A DNA stretch of 63,037 bases, counting the filler. It is 4 parts of 4 records of this genome, joined end to end, with 100 filler letters (N's around TTAATTAATTAA, not from the genome) between each part and the next. Parts side by side here need not be neighbours in the genome. Positions count along the whole stretch, not along the records: positions 1 to 24,848 come from SRR20825019_2031; 3 more parts are not named here. The stretch is one strand, 5' to 3'. Below the pieces are notes generated by a model, which was given only the letters and a program-made list of their open reading frames with translations, ran no database searches and was not told the origin of the DNA. The translations under genes were made by a program, and so were the position numbers. Of the stretch, positions 1-9,931 are shown one piece after another (position 1 is the stretch's first letter; every line of letters starts with the position of its first letter).

Positions 1-2
1 TT

Positions 3-278
3 TTAGATGAAATTTTAAAAGGAACAAACAGCACAGATAAAGCAATTGGGTCTAAGAAGTTTGTTGAAAAGCTTGTTGCTAGTAACTCCACTGGTATTAT
101 TGCAACACACGATTTAAGCCTTTGTACAGTTTCTGAAGAACTTTCGGATGTTAAAAACTATTATTTTGATGCACGCATTGAAAATAACGAACTCTTTTTC
201 GATTATAAGTTTAAACCTGGTATTTGCCAAAATATGAATGCTTCGTTTTTACTGAAAAAAATGGAAATAGTAGATTAA
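3..278 (+). CDS. 3' end of MutS-related ATPase (MutS domain V family), truncated by window start
   Basis: Hand translation LDEILKGTNSTDKAIGS...GIIATHDL...FDYKFKPGICQNMNASFLLKKMEIVD*: Walker B (LDE) and ATH motifs of MutS domain V, with the short C-terminus typical of MutS-related rather than MutS1 proteins. Confidence 0.85.
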   Translation, partial: LDEILKGTNSTDKAIGSKKFVEKLVASNSTGIIATHDLSLCTVSEELSDVKNYYFDARIENNELFFDYKFKPGICQNMNASFLLKKMEIVD

Positions 279-288
279 AATTATTAAA

Positions 289-1284
289 ATGGATTCAGTA
301 ACACAGATAGTATTGGGCGCCGCAGTTGGCGAAGCAGTTTTAGGAAAAAAAATTGGTAATAAAGCGATGGTTTTAGGAGCTATTGCCGGCACTATTCCAG
401 ATTTAGATGTAATTGCTACTAATTTTACTGACACCGTTTCGGCATTAGAAATTCATCGAGGTTTTACACATTCCATTGTTTTTGCAATAGTTTTTGGATT
501 GCTTTTTGGTTGGTTACTATCACTTTGGGATAAACGCGCTTCTGTAAAAGAGTGGTTTTGGTTTTGGTTTTTATGTTTTGTTACACATCCATTGCTTGAC
601 GCACATACCACATGGGGAACACAATTATTTTGGCCTTTTGATTTACGGCTGGCGTATAAAAATATTTTTGTGATTGACCCTTTGTTCACATTGCCTTTTC
701 TTACGTTTTTGCTTCTGGCAATGTTTCAAAAAAGAGAAAGTTTTAAAAGGAGAAAATTTAATAATCTCGGCTTAATTGTGAGTAGTGCTTATATGCTACT
801 TACCTTAATTTTAAAGGGAGTTTCCTATTATAAATTTGAAGCAGCACTTAACAATCAAAATATAGAATACGCTGCATTGGAAACAAAGCCTAGCCCGATG
901 AATACTATTTTATGGACGGCTAATGTGGAAACGGATGATGCCTTTTTAATAGGCGATTATTCTTTTTTTGATACAAAACCAATCCAGTTTTCAGTACATC
1001 CCAAAAATCACGAAGCCTTAGGAAGTATAAGAAATGAAGAGCGTGTACAACGGCTTATAAAAATTACACAAGGATGGTATACTGTTTCTGAAAGAGAAGA
1101 TGGGGTTTATTTAAATGATCTTCGTTTTGGAATGTTGAGCGCAGATCATTCTGAAGCTAAATATGCCTTTAGTTTTTTACTTAAAAAAGAGGATGGAGTA
1201 CTAAAAGTAACGGAAGAGCCTAAAGATACGCGCGATGCCAAAAAAATACTTTCAAATCTTTGGGAGCGGATACAAGGAAATTAA
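289..1284 (+). CDS. Membrane-bound metal-dependent hydrolase (YdjM/DUF457 family)
   Basis: MDSVTQ start, PDLD, HRGFTHS and HPLLDAHTTWG motifs, several TM helices. Confidence 0.85.
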   Translation: MDSVTQIVLGAAVGEAVLGKKIGNKAMVLGAIAGTIPDLDVIATNFTDTVSALEIHRGFTHSIVFAIVFGLLFGWLLSLWDKRASVKEWFWFWFLCFVTHPLLDAHTTWGTQLFWPFDLRLAYKNIFVIDPLFTLPFLTFLLLAMFQKRESFKRRKFNNLGLIVSSAYMLLTLILKGVSYYKFEAALNNQNIEYAALETKPSPMNTILWTANVETDDAFLIGDYSFFDTKPIQFSVHPKNHEALGSIRNEERVQRLIKITQGWYTVSEREDGVYLNDLRFGMLSADHSEAKYAFSFLLKKEDGVLKVTEEPKDTRDAKKILSNLWERIQGN

Positions 1285-1709
1285 CAGCTTAAATCTGCAA
1301 TAATTTTCCATTCACCTTCTATTTTTCTGAAAATAATTAAAAAAACACCATTTGCATTTCCTGCATTTCGCACCAAATGAAATTGCCCCATCACATAATA
1401 TGAAGCGTCTTCAATTTTGGTAATAGCATCAATTGTAAATGAAAGTGTTCCAGTATATTCTTTCGTCGGATACCCTTTTAGGTAATTATTCAATGTGTTT
1501 TGCCAACCAAATGTAACTCCTTTACTACCATAAAATTTTAAAGAATCGCTTTTCCAATACCCATGCATAAATTCTTCAAGATTATTCTGATTCCACGCAT
1601 CTTCCTGTGTTTTTAAAACCGTTAGAATTGCTTTTTTATCTTCAACTTCAGTTTGTGCAACGCTGTTAAGCGACATAATAATTATAAAAAGTAGCAATAT
1701 GTTTTTCAT
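1281..1709 (-). CDS. Secreted NTF2-like/DUF4440 (YybH-like) protein
   Basis: Probable start MKNILLL at 1709 (signal peptide); QEDAWNQNNLEEFMHGYWKSD and WKIIADLS motifs. Confidence 0.8.
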   Translation of the reverse strand: MKNILLLFIIIMSLNSVAQTEVEDKKAILTVLKTQEDAWNQNNLEEFMHGYWKSDSLKFYGSKGVTFGWQNTLNNYLKGYPTKEYTGTLSFTIDAITKIEDASYYVMGQFHLVRNAGNANGVFLIIFRKIEGEWKIIADLSC

Positions 1710-1728
1710 GAGAATAGCGTTTAGTTTT

Positions 1729-2436
1729 TTAAAAATTTTCAGTAAAAAGTAGCGAAGGATCTGGGCAAATATTTTTCCACTTTTCAATTTCAGACGGAAA
1801 TGCAACTCCAGGAAAATTGGTGGTGTTCCCCAATAAATCTAACATCACTTGAAAGTGTAGGTGTGGTTCCCAGCCTCCATTTTCTTTAGCAGTTCCAATG
1901 TGACCAAGAAAATCTCCAGCTTTTAGAAAGTCTCCTTCTTTATGAAAATCCAAACTTTTTCTTGAAAGATGTCCGTAAAGGGTATAGAATTTTAAGTTCT
2001 CAAAGGTGTGTTCTAAAACCAACGTAGGGCCGTAATCTTTTGGAAAATTATTGTTGTGTTTAATCGCGATTTTTCCAGCAAATGGAGCGCAAACAGTTGT
2101 ATTTTCTTGCACCCAAAAGTCTGTGCCTAAATGAATATTTCGGTATTCAGTTTTATCTTCGATGGTTCTTTTATAAGCATCGGTGGTATAAAACTTCCGT
2201 TTTTCAAGATAGCCATTGGCTAGCAGTGACTCTGGGTTTTTAAGCTGTATTGTAGCAATTGTTTTTCCTAATTCTAAAACAGTATCGTAATTGGAGTCTG
2301 GTGAAAGCGCTGTATTCATATCCATTTTAAGTACATTTGAAAATACTATTTCAGGAAATAATACTTGAAGTGAAACAGCTTCATTTTTAGCGATATTTTT
2401 AAATTCTGTTAGGCGGATTAAATTACTTTCAGACAT
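1729..2436 (-). CDS. M23 family metallopeptidase
   Basis: HLGTD (HxxxD), YGHL and PHLHFQ (HxH) zinc motifs. Confidence 0.85.
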   Translation of the reverse strand: MSESNLIRLTEFKNIAKNEAVSLQVLFPEIVFSNVLKMDMNTALSPDSNYDTVLELGKTIATIQLKNPESLLANGYLEKRKFYTTDAYKRTIEDKTEYRNIHLGTDFWVQENTTVCAPFAGKIAIKHNNNFPKDYGPTLVLEHTFENLKFYTLYGHLSRKSLDFHKEGDFLKAGDFLGHIGTAKENGGWEPHLHFQVMLDLLGNTTNFPGVAFPSEIEKWKNICPDPSLLFTENF

Positions 2437-2504
2437 TTTTATAAGGATGCTTTATTCAATACAAACATCGCAATTCTACTTCAAAAAAAAGGTATTGAAT
2501 AAAA

Positions 2505-3605
2505 TTATAAAACACCTTTTTGTTTCTTATAAAAGGCATCAGCTTGTAATTGCATCAATTCTCGCGCTTTTTTGCGCTTGTAATCGTAAAGTTCTTGTTC
2601 TTCAGAAATATCTGCATACACGCGGTTATTGATGTCTCGGTCTGTAGTTACTAATATATCGCGTTGCGATTTTTGTTGCGTTACCCATGATTTTAAGGCA
2701 CTTTCTTGTTCCTCGAGCTTTAAATCGTATGCGCCTTTTGGGGATAATAATTTTGCTAGAATTGGTGAAGTTTCAATAGCCAAAAACAATAAAAAGATAA
2801 AAAGAGATGGCAACCACGGTAGTTTATTTAATGCATCAACTCGTGCCATCAAACCATCAAACCCATCAATTACAGGCTGCGTATTGGCAACTTTAGTGTT
2901 GTATTCGGTTGAAAGATCTGCAATTTTGGCTTCGGCTGCGATTATTTTTTCAGCATTTGCTTTTTTTAAATCAGTTAAGGCAGCGAGTTCGGCATCATGT
3001 TTTTCTCTTTTTTCTTTATAAACGGGTCCTTTGCCAAGCTTTTCAGTACCTTTTCGACCTTCAGCTTCAGCGATATAGGTTTCATAAAGTGTATTTACCT
3101 CACTTTCTTTAGTGATTATTTCATTTTTCAACCCTTGAATTTCCGTTTCTAAAGCCTTAACAGAAGGCGTAAATTGTAGCGCCAATTGGTCTTTGTTGGC
3201 GAGCGTCATTTCATTTTTTTCTGTAAGTAATACTTGATTAATTTCTTTTTCAAAAATTTTCATCTCCAATGGTTTTGAAATCACAATAGCGATAATTATT
3301 GCCAATGCAATTCGAGGAGAAGCTTGTATTAATTCGTCAAAAAAGCTATTTCGTTTTTTGATGGTGGAAACTATAAAACGGTCTAGATTGAATATTAATA
3401 ATCCCCAAATAACTCCGAAAAATATAGCTGAAAAATAAGTGTCGAAAACAGTGTATAGTGCATATGCAGCTGCAATTGTAGCCATCACTGCTGTAAAGAA
3501 AACGGTGGCTCCAATACCTGCGTATTTTGTACGTTCGCCTGGAGAGCATTCATTTAAAATAGCAGTATCTGCACCAGAGCAGAAGATGAAAAAACGTTGT
3601 AACAT
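2505..3605 (-). CDS. DUF4407 membrane/coiled-coil protein
   Basis: N-terminal TM helices, NLDRFIVST, KPLE, coiled coil with GKGPVY, C-terminal TM. Confidence 0.75.
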   Translation of the reverse strand: MLQRFFIFCSGADTAILNECSPGERTKYAGIGATVFFTAVMATIAAAYALYTVFDTYFSAIFFGVIWGLLIFNLDRFIVSTIKKRNSFFDELIQASPRIALAIIIAIVISKPLEMKIFEKEINQVLLTEKNEMTLANKDQLALQFTPSVKALETEIQGLKNEIITKESEVNTLYETYIAEAEGRKGTEKLGKGPVYKEKREKHDAELAALTDLKKANAEKIIAAEAKIADLSTEYNTKVANTQPVIDGFDGLMARVDALNKLPWLPSLFIFLLFLAIETSPILAKLLSPKGAYDLKLEEQESALKSWVTQQKSQRDILVTTDRDINNRVYADISEEQELYDYKRKKARELMQLQADAFYKKQKGVL

Positions 3606-3777
3606 AAAGATTTAGATTGATGAGCCTATATAACGCTATTTGAATCAGTTTGTTACAGGCTAACGGAAAAAAATTGCTAGAAAGCACTTAATTTTAATTA
3701 ATTAGGCGTGTAGGGAAACAAGGATTAAAATATATTATATGTAGGAAAAATCCTATATTTACTATAGAATTAAATTT

Positions 3778-4815
3778 ATGATGAAATCAATATTTCAGGG
3801 ATTAATTTTAATGATATTTTTTAGTTCAGTTTGCCAAACTTCTAAAACTGAGAAACCTTCCCATGAAATTAATAATATTGTGTCTACTTTTTCGAATTCA
3901 GAGAGGGTTAATATGTTGCACCTTATGGCGAATTCAACGAAGCTCTCAGATTCATCTAGAATTAAAACGTTTGGTGATTTAGGTATTTTATACAGTACAA
4001 TGGGAGTAAAAGATTCCGCTGATTTTTATTTTAATAAAGCAATTATTGCTTCTCAAGCGTATCCTTTATTACGTTCCCAAATGTATTTTTTAAAGGATTC
4101 ACTTTATTCTATAAATTATGAATTGGGTTCTGTTGAATTAAATAATTTAAAAAAGGAGAAGCGTTATAGCTTAGCAAATACAAAGGATTTATTGTTGGAA
4201 AACAGCACAAAAAAAGATAAAATTTTAATCTTAAGTATTTTCATTTTCTTACTAGTAATAGCAATTGGTCTTGTACTTATTATTACGAATAGAAATAAAA
4301 TTCATCTTCAAAAGGAAATGCTTGGCAACTTAAAAATATCTAAAAGAGCATTAGAAGACAAGCAACGATTAGAGGCTAGATTACATATAGAAAGAGGTAG
4401 GACGTTAGCAAACAAGGAAAAGCAATTAGTGGAAGTTTCATTAGAGATGGCCGATCTTCAGAATAAATTATTGGAAGAAATAAATCGTTGGGAAGCAAAT
4501 GAAAGTTTTAAAGAGCTTTCCGAAAATTTAAAATATTTATTAAATAAAAAGAATTACTGGAAATATTTTAAAGGTAAATTTATTGAAGTGCATCCGCATT
4601 TTGCATCCTTATTAAATGAAATGTTCCCGAACTTATCTGAAAACGATATTGCTTTTTGTTGTATGTTGAAATTGCAAGTTTCAGTCCCCGAAATTGCTTC
4701 CCTCATGGGGAAAAGTGAAGATGAAATTGAATCAAGAATAAACTATTTAAAAAGAAAAATGGGTTTAGGAAATGATCCGCTAGCTTTTCATCATTTAATA
4801 ACTCATATGGAGTAA
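3778..4815 (+). CDS. Membrane-anchored TPR + LuxR-type HTH transcriptional regulator
   Basis: Signal-like N-terminus, one TPR-like unit (LGILYSTMG..DSADFYFNKA), TM helix, coiled coil, FIEVHPHF..PNLSENDIAFCCMLKL..EIASLMG HTH. Confidence 0.75.
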   Translation: MMKSIFQGLILMIFFSSVCQTSKTEKPSHEINNIVSTFSNSERVNMLHLMANSTKLSDSSRIKTFGDLGILYSTMGVKDSADFYFNKAIIASQAYPLLRSQMYFLKDSLYSINYELGSVELNNLKKEKRYSLANTKDLLLENSTKKDKILILSIFIFLLVIAIGLVLIITNRNKIHLQKEMLGNLKISKRALEDKQRLEARLHIERGRTLANKEKQLVEVSLEMADLQNKLLEEINRWEANESFKELSENLKYLLNKKNYWKYFKGKFIEVHPHFASLLNEMFPNLSENDIAFCCMLKLQVSVPEIASLMGKSEDEIESRINYLKRKMGLGNDPLAFHHLITHME

Positions 4816-4855
4816 AATAATTTCTTAGTAATTATTTTACTAACACTTATTAGAT

Positions 4856-4897
4856 AATAATTCCCCAGAAATTACTTTCTGAGGAACTATTTTTTTC
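4856..4897. terminator. Probable bidirectional intrinsic terminator
   Basis: aataattccccagaaa-ttac-tttctgaggaactatt imperfect stem plus T-run between convergent genes. Confidence 0.65.
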
Positions 4898-4911
4898 AAA
4901 ATTTATAGTGT

Positions 4912-7218
4912 TTATTGCTTTAATATTCTTTTAAAATAAACTTCATTAGCATTGTTTTGTATACGCACTAAATAAACCCCAGCTTCAAGTTTGGAAATAT
5001 TCAAATTGGTACTGGTTTCAGCTTCCATAACCTTTATTCCGTTTAAAGAATAAATTGCAACTTGCTTTACCATTGAGTTTTTTAATTGAATATTAACTAG
5101 ATCGCTTGCAGGGTTAGGATAGATTGAAATTTCATTTGAATTATTTTCAAATTCTAGGGTACCTAAAACTGTTAAATCAATTGTGTATTCTACAAGACCC
5201 AAATCGAAAGTGCCAATGAATACTTTTACTGAATTTTCACTAAATGAATATGTAGAAGAAACAGCACCTATGGCAAGTAATTGTTCATTGTTTATGGTTT
5301 CCCAGTTTTCGCCACTATCTGTGGAATAATGCATAGCAAATTCAGAAATTTGTGAACTATATGTTGAAGCCATCATGGCGCCTTCAGTTTCTGTTGAAAA
5401 CGCTACATTAAAAACCAATTCACTGGTTTTTCTGTCCCAGTTTTCGCCTCCATCTTCAGAAATAAAAATTCCCTTTGAGCTAGCTAAAGCCAAGCGGTTT
5501 TCATTTAGTGGATCTTTTTGAAGATCAAAAATAAGGTCATTCGTATTCATCACTTCAAGCCCATTACTTGTATTAGCCCAAGTTGCACCCCCATCTATTG
5601 AAGTATATACTTCAATACCTACGGTAATTGTAATCTTGTCTGTTTCATCAATAATTATTTTGTGTATAAAATCGAGATTAGGCAAGGTTATATCATTAAC
5701 AATCACATTATTTAAATCACTAAAATTTATCTGCTTAAGCTTCGTTTCACTTGGGTCAAAACCAGCAAAAGCAGCCAAAATAGTTTCTGGAGAATTTTGG
5801 AAAGTAGCTACTGCAGTGAATTTATTTGAAAAGGTTGATAAAAGTTCAGTTTTATTGGCGCCATTATCATTGCTTATTTTAAGACTTGACCCCATAAAAC
5901 TTGAGGTGAAAGTGTATATTCTATTTGGCGTAATTTTATCTGCATACTGCGTTTGCCCTGGATTGCTAGAAAAGATATTTAAAGGCATAATATCGTATGG
6001 GGTGTCAATGCCAGAATTTAAATTGCGATGAACATAACCAAATTGAACACCATAGTAAAGACTTGCCTCAGTACCATCTTTATAAAGATCCATGTTTCCA
6101 GTACTAGTAAAATATGGGCTTTTAGACCAAGAAAGGGTTTCTCCTCCATCTGAAGAAAATAGCGGGACATAATCAGCACTGATAAAAATTTCATTTGGAT
6201 TATGAGGATTGTAGCTAGCATTTAATCCATAAAAATAGCTTTCAGGATTTTCGTCTGGGTATACAAAGTTTTTCCAAGTAGCTCCGCCATTTTCAGAGAT
6301 TACAATTTCGTTTTCTTCCAAAATAATAATTTGTGATGGGTTGTTTTCATTAAAACGAATCACGTTGATACAATCCAAGATCCCCTCAGTCCAAGTGATG
6401 GGGACAATAGAAAAGGTTTCCCCGTCATCTATAGATTTATAAAGATTTTCTACATTACTCCCAAAACTAATTCCGGTTCCCATCCAGATTTTTTCAGGGT
6501 TTGTGGGGTCGAAACTTATAGGATCCAAGATGATTCCTGGTAATTTTTCTACCCAAGTCTGGCCCGCATCGTCAGATACAAAAAGTCCTCCATCAATATT
6601 GGTAGATCCATTCCCGCGGCTGAGAAAGAGTTTTTCTGGATCAGCTGGGCTTATGGCTACATCGTTAATGAAAACTGTATCATAATCATTGGTGTGGTAT
6701 ACCATACTCCAGGTAGTACCCCCATCTGCGGTGTAGAATGTTTTTCCTTCGTGATTCATACCCCCAGGAAAATTAGTGTCTACAAGTAAAACATCCATAT
6801 TTTGGTCATAAAAATCATAGGAGGTTACATAGCTATTTTCACTTTGATTTGGCAATGGAAATGTTTTAATAATAGTGGAAGAAGCAATATCATATACTCT
6901 AACATCATTTAGTGAAGTGTCTGGAAGGTAGGCTGAAAAAGTTAGCGCTGATCCATCAGAAGAAAGCTTTAAGTCTTTAATTCTTGCGCCTTTGCCAATA
7001 AGTAAAGAATACAAAATATTCCAGTTGACACCATTATCTTCAGAAACTATTATATGGTTTCCCATGGTTACCGCATATACCTTATTTGGTACATTTGCAT
7101 CATAGGTAAGGTCGTAAATACGACCGAAATCAATAGAACCAGTTACCTCAGGCTGTGCGAATGTTGGTTGAAATGAAAAGAGTAATGTAAATAAAAATAG
7201 AGTAATCGATTTTTTCAT
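4912..7218 (-). CDS. T9SS type A CTD protein with BNR/Asp-box beta-propellers (VPS10/GH74-like fold)
   Basis: Signal peptide, many SxDxGxTW Asp-box repeats, C-terminal IYPNPA...IYSLNG...LEAGVYLVRI...KRILK sorting domain. Confidence 0.85.
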   Translation of the reverse strand: MKKSITLFLFTLLFSFQPTFAQPEVTGSIDFGRIYDLTYDANVPNKVYAVTMGNHIIVSEDNGVNWNILYSLLIGKGARIKDLKLSSDGSALTFSAYLPDTSLNDVRVYDIASSTIIKTFPLPNQSENSYVTSYDFYDQNMDVLLVDTNFPGGMNHEGKTFYTADGGTTWSMVYHTNDYDTVFINDVAISPADPEKLFLSRGNGSTNIDGGLFVSDDAGQTWVEKLPGIILDPISFDPTNPEKIWMGTGISFGSNVENLYKSIDDGETFSIVPITWTEGILDCINVIRFNENNPSQIIILEENEIVISENGGATWKNFVYPDENPESYFYGLNASYNPHNPNEIFISADYVPLFSSDGGETLSWSKSPYFTSTGNMDLYKDGTEASLYYGVQFGYVHRNLNSGIDTPYDIMPLNIFSSNPGQTQYADKITPNRIYTFTSSFMGSSLKISNDNGANKTELLSTFSNKFTAVATFQNSPETILAAFAGFDPSETKLKQINFSDLNNVIVNDITLPNLDFIHKIIIDETDKITITVGIEVYTSIDGGATWANTSNGLEVMNTNDLIFDLQKDPLNENRLALASSKGIFISEDGGENWDRKTSELVFNVAFSTETEGAMMASTYSSQISEFAMHYSTDSGENWETINNEQLLAIGAVSSTYSFSENSVKVFIGTFDLGLVEYTIDLTVLGTLEFENNSNEISIYPNPASDLVNIQLKNSMVKQVAIYSLNGIKVMEAETSTNLNISKLEAGVYLVRIQNNANEVYFKRILKQ

Positions 7219-7326
7219 AATTTAGGGTTTTAATTTGCTCCCAATATTCTGAAAATTATAAGGAAGTGTGCTAAGAAAATCTCCTAATTAGTGCGACGGG
7301 ATTCAGAAAAAGTGTGACATATAGGG

Positions 7327-8964
7327 TTAAGTCGTTGTAATATAGCGGTATAGTACTGTGCTATCTTCTAGCCCCATTTTGTTGCTAATACGCTCCTTCC
7401 GTTTGCGTGTTGCTTCCACTGTAATATTAAAAAGCGAAGCAATTTCCTTAATTGTAAGATCCATATACATATAACTCAAGAAACGAATATCATTTGCGGT
7501 TAATTCTTTATGATTGGTGCGCAATTTTGTAAGCAATCCATGGTTAACCTCTTCAAAATGGGTGAGAAAGCTATCCCATTCGGAATCGTTTTTTAGTAGT
7601 TTTTTTAGCTCTTTTATTTTGTTTGTTAAAAAAGCATTATGTGTAATTTCTGACTGATTCGTTAAACTATTAATTACTTCTTTAATCAATTCATTCCTAC
7701 TAGAAATTTGCAGTGCTTTGGCTGCAAGCTTTCTGTTTCTATTTTCAATTTCATTTTTAAGTCGTTCCTGTTCAAGCAAAGCCACGGCTTCTTTTGCATG
7801 TAATTGTTTTTCTAATAAGAGGTTGTCACTTTCTTTTTTTTGAAGTTCTAATTCTATAAACTCCTTACTCTGTTGGTGTAGAATTTTTCTTTGTTTGTTT
7901 TTTATAAAGCTGTTGTACAATGCCCAAGTGATAAGACATATTATCAGAATTGAAATGCCCAAAAGACTATAAAGAGTGGTGCGTTCTTGCGCTCTCAATT
8001 CTGAACTTCGCTGAAGTTCTCGTCTATAATCGGCTATTTCAAATTTTACTCTATTTGTTTCAAATAAACGACCGTTTTTTAATTGGTTTAACGATTCAGT
8101 AAGCAAAATTATGGAGTCTTTTGCTTCAATTGCATTGGTGTACAATCCATTTTTAGTGTAAATTTCTGATAATTGCTGGTAAGCACTTATTCGGTTTTCT
8201 GGGTTTAAAGCTGCTTTTAATGCTGCTTGGCCGTATACAATTGCTTCGGATATTTCATTTTTATCTTTTGCAATATCAGACAGTAAGATAAGGGTTGAAA
8301 TTCGCTCTTCGCTATGTGTAACAATCTCTAACTTAGGAAGTAATGAATCTGCCAAGGTTTTCGCTTTTTTAAGTTCTCCTCGTTTATAATAGTTTTCTGC
8401 TAAAGCTATTTCAACTAAAATAATTAATGCAGGTTGATTTTTAAGCATTTCTTTAGCTTCTGCCAAATAAGCTGCAGCCACATTTGGTTTATTTTGCTGA
8501 TTCGCCAACATGCCTAAGTTTACCGCATATAATCCTATTTTGATTGGTTCTTTATGTTCTTGAGCTAATTTATATGCCTTAGAAAAATATTCTTCGGCTT
8601 TCACTGGATCGTCTTCTTTAATGTATAAAATAGCAATGTTGTTAAGAACAATCATCTCTTCATTTTCATCAAGATGTTTTAATGCTATGGTGTATGCTTC
8701 TAAATAATTATCCAGTGCTTCTCCATAATCCAACATAGAATAGTAATTTGCTCCAATATTATTAAGAGCCAAAAACTGTTGTTTATACAACTGTTTTTCC
8801 TCAGCAACAGTTCGTACCTTAGTTAGCAATTCAAGTGATAAAGTATATTCTTTATTACTTCTTGCTTCTATACCTTGAACTAAAAGACTGTCTAGTTGTA
8901 CTGTGTTCTGAGCAATTAGAAATGAAGAGAAAAGAAAAATTAATAATTTAAAATAAACTTTCAT
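7327..8964 (-). CDS. Membrane-anchored TPR + LuxR-type HTH transcriptional regulator
   Basis: Signal peptide, TPR repeats (LNNIGANY, LNNIAILY), TM helix, coiled coil, ELTANDIRFLSY..KEIASLFNITVEATRKRKERI HTH. Confidence 0.85.
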   Translation of the reverse strand: MKVYFKLLIFLFSSFLIAQNTVQLDSLLVQGIEARSNKEYTLSLELLTKVRTVAEEKQLYKQQFLALNNIGANYYSMLDYGEALDNYLEAYTIALKHLDENEEMIVLNNIAILYIKEDDPVKAEEYFSKAYKLAQEHKEPIKIGLYAVNLGMLANQQNKPNVAAAYLAEAKEMLKNQPALIILVEIALAENYYKRGELKKAKTLADSLLPKLEIVTHSEERISTLILLSDIAKDKNEISEAIVYGQAALKAALNPENRISAYQQLSEIYTKNGLYTNAIEAKDSIILLTESLNQLKNGRLFETNRVKFEIADYRRELQRSSELRAQERTTLYSLLGISILIICLITWALYNSFIKNKQRKILHQQSKEFIELELQKKESDNLLLEKQLHAKEAVALLEQERLKNEIENRNRKLAAKALQISSRNELIKEVINSLTNQSEITHNAFLTNKIKELKKLLKNDSEWDSFLTHFEEVNHGLLTKLRTNHKELTANDIRFLSYMYMDLTIKEIASLFNITVEATRKRKERISNKMGLEDSTVLYRYITTT

Positions 8965-9157
8965 ATAATTTATAAAGTTCGTGAAGTTAGCCTATATCTT
9001 AAAAAAGACATAACTTAAAGGAGATTTTGTTTACTTTGAATAGCTATTTTAAAACTAAAATAAAAAATGTAAAAATACTAGCATTTATAAATTATACGAC
9101 GACTATTTGGAAATTAACCTTTCCTTGTTATATCTTGCATACTGCATATTTTAACAA

Positions 9158-9931
9158 ATGTTTAAGAACTCGTTTTCATTTAATGGCCGTATTCGTAGAA
9201 CTGAATTTGGTATTAGTTATATAATATTTCTTGTTTTTATTTATGGTTTCATAGCACTTATGAAAGTTTTAAATTTAGGTGGATACCAATTATTTATATT
9301 ATTAGGTGCCGCGTATTGGTTTTTGTTTTCACAAGGTGCAAAGCGTTGTCACGATCTTGGAAATAGCGGTTTTTATCAAATCATTCCCTTTTATATTTTT
9401 GCCCTTCTTTTTAGTGAAGGGCAAAATAGAAATAACAAATACGGCCCAGACCCAAAACTTGAGGAGCTTCAAAATGCAGAAACTCCATTAAGCGATAAAT
9501 CAACTGGTTTTAAATTGCCAAAAGGGAAAGATTTTGAAGCAATGGGAGGCGAATTGTTAAGTGGCACATTACTTACAGCTTTAGTTTTGGCAGTAGCTAG
9601 TTATTTGCTAGATGACGACGACTGGGTGTATTTTAGTATTGAAAGCATCCTAATAATGACGGGCTATTTATCGGTGCTTCTTTTGAGTTTTAAATTTAAA
9701 CCGCTTCCAAAAGCACCAATTTACTTTGTAGTGCATCGCGCTATTTTCAGTATTGTTTTGCATGTAATTATTTCTTCATATGAAATGTATAGCAACAACA
9801 TTTCTAATATAAACTTTACTGCAATTGGTGGAGATATAATTTACATCCTATCCTTTTTTATACTTACGTATGTTCCATACTATTTCTATAAAACATTAAA
9901 AAAACTTAATCCTATCTTGCTTGAAGCTTAA
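9158..9931 (+). CDS. DUF805 membrane protein with extra C-terminal TM domain
   Basis: FSFNGRIRRTEF, KRCHDLGNSG and NKYGPDP motifs, followed by about four more TM helices. Confidence 0.8.
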   Translation: MFKNSFSFNGRIRRTEFGISYIIFLVFIYGFIALMKVLNLGGYQLFILLGAAYWFLFSQGAKRCHDLGNSGFYQIIPFYIFALLFSEGQNRNNKYGPDPKLEELQNAETPLSDKSTGFKLPKGKDFEAMGGELLSGTLLTALVLAVASYLLDDDDWVYFSIESILIMTGYLSVLLLSFKFKPLPKAPIYFVVHRAIFSIVLHVIISSYEMYSNNISNINFTAIGGDIIYILSFFILTYVPYYFYKTLKKLNPILLEA

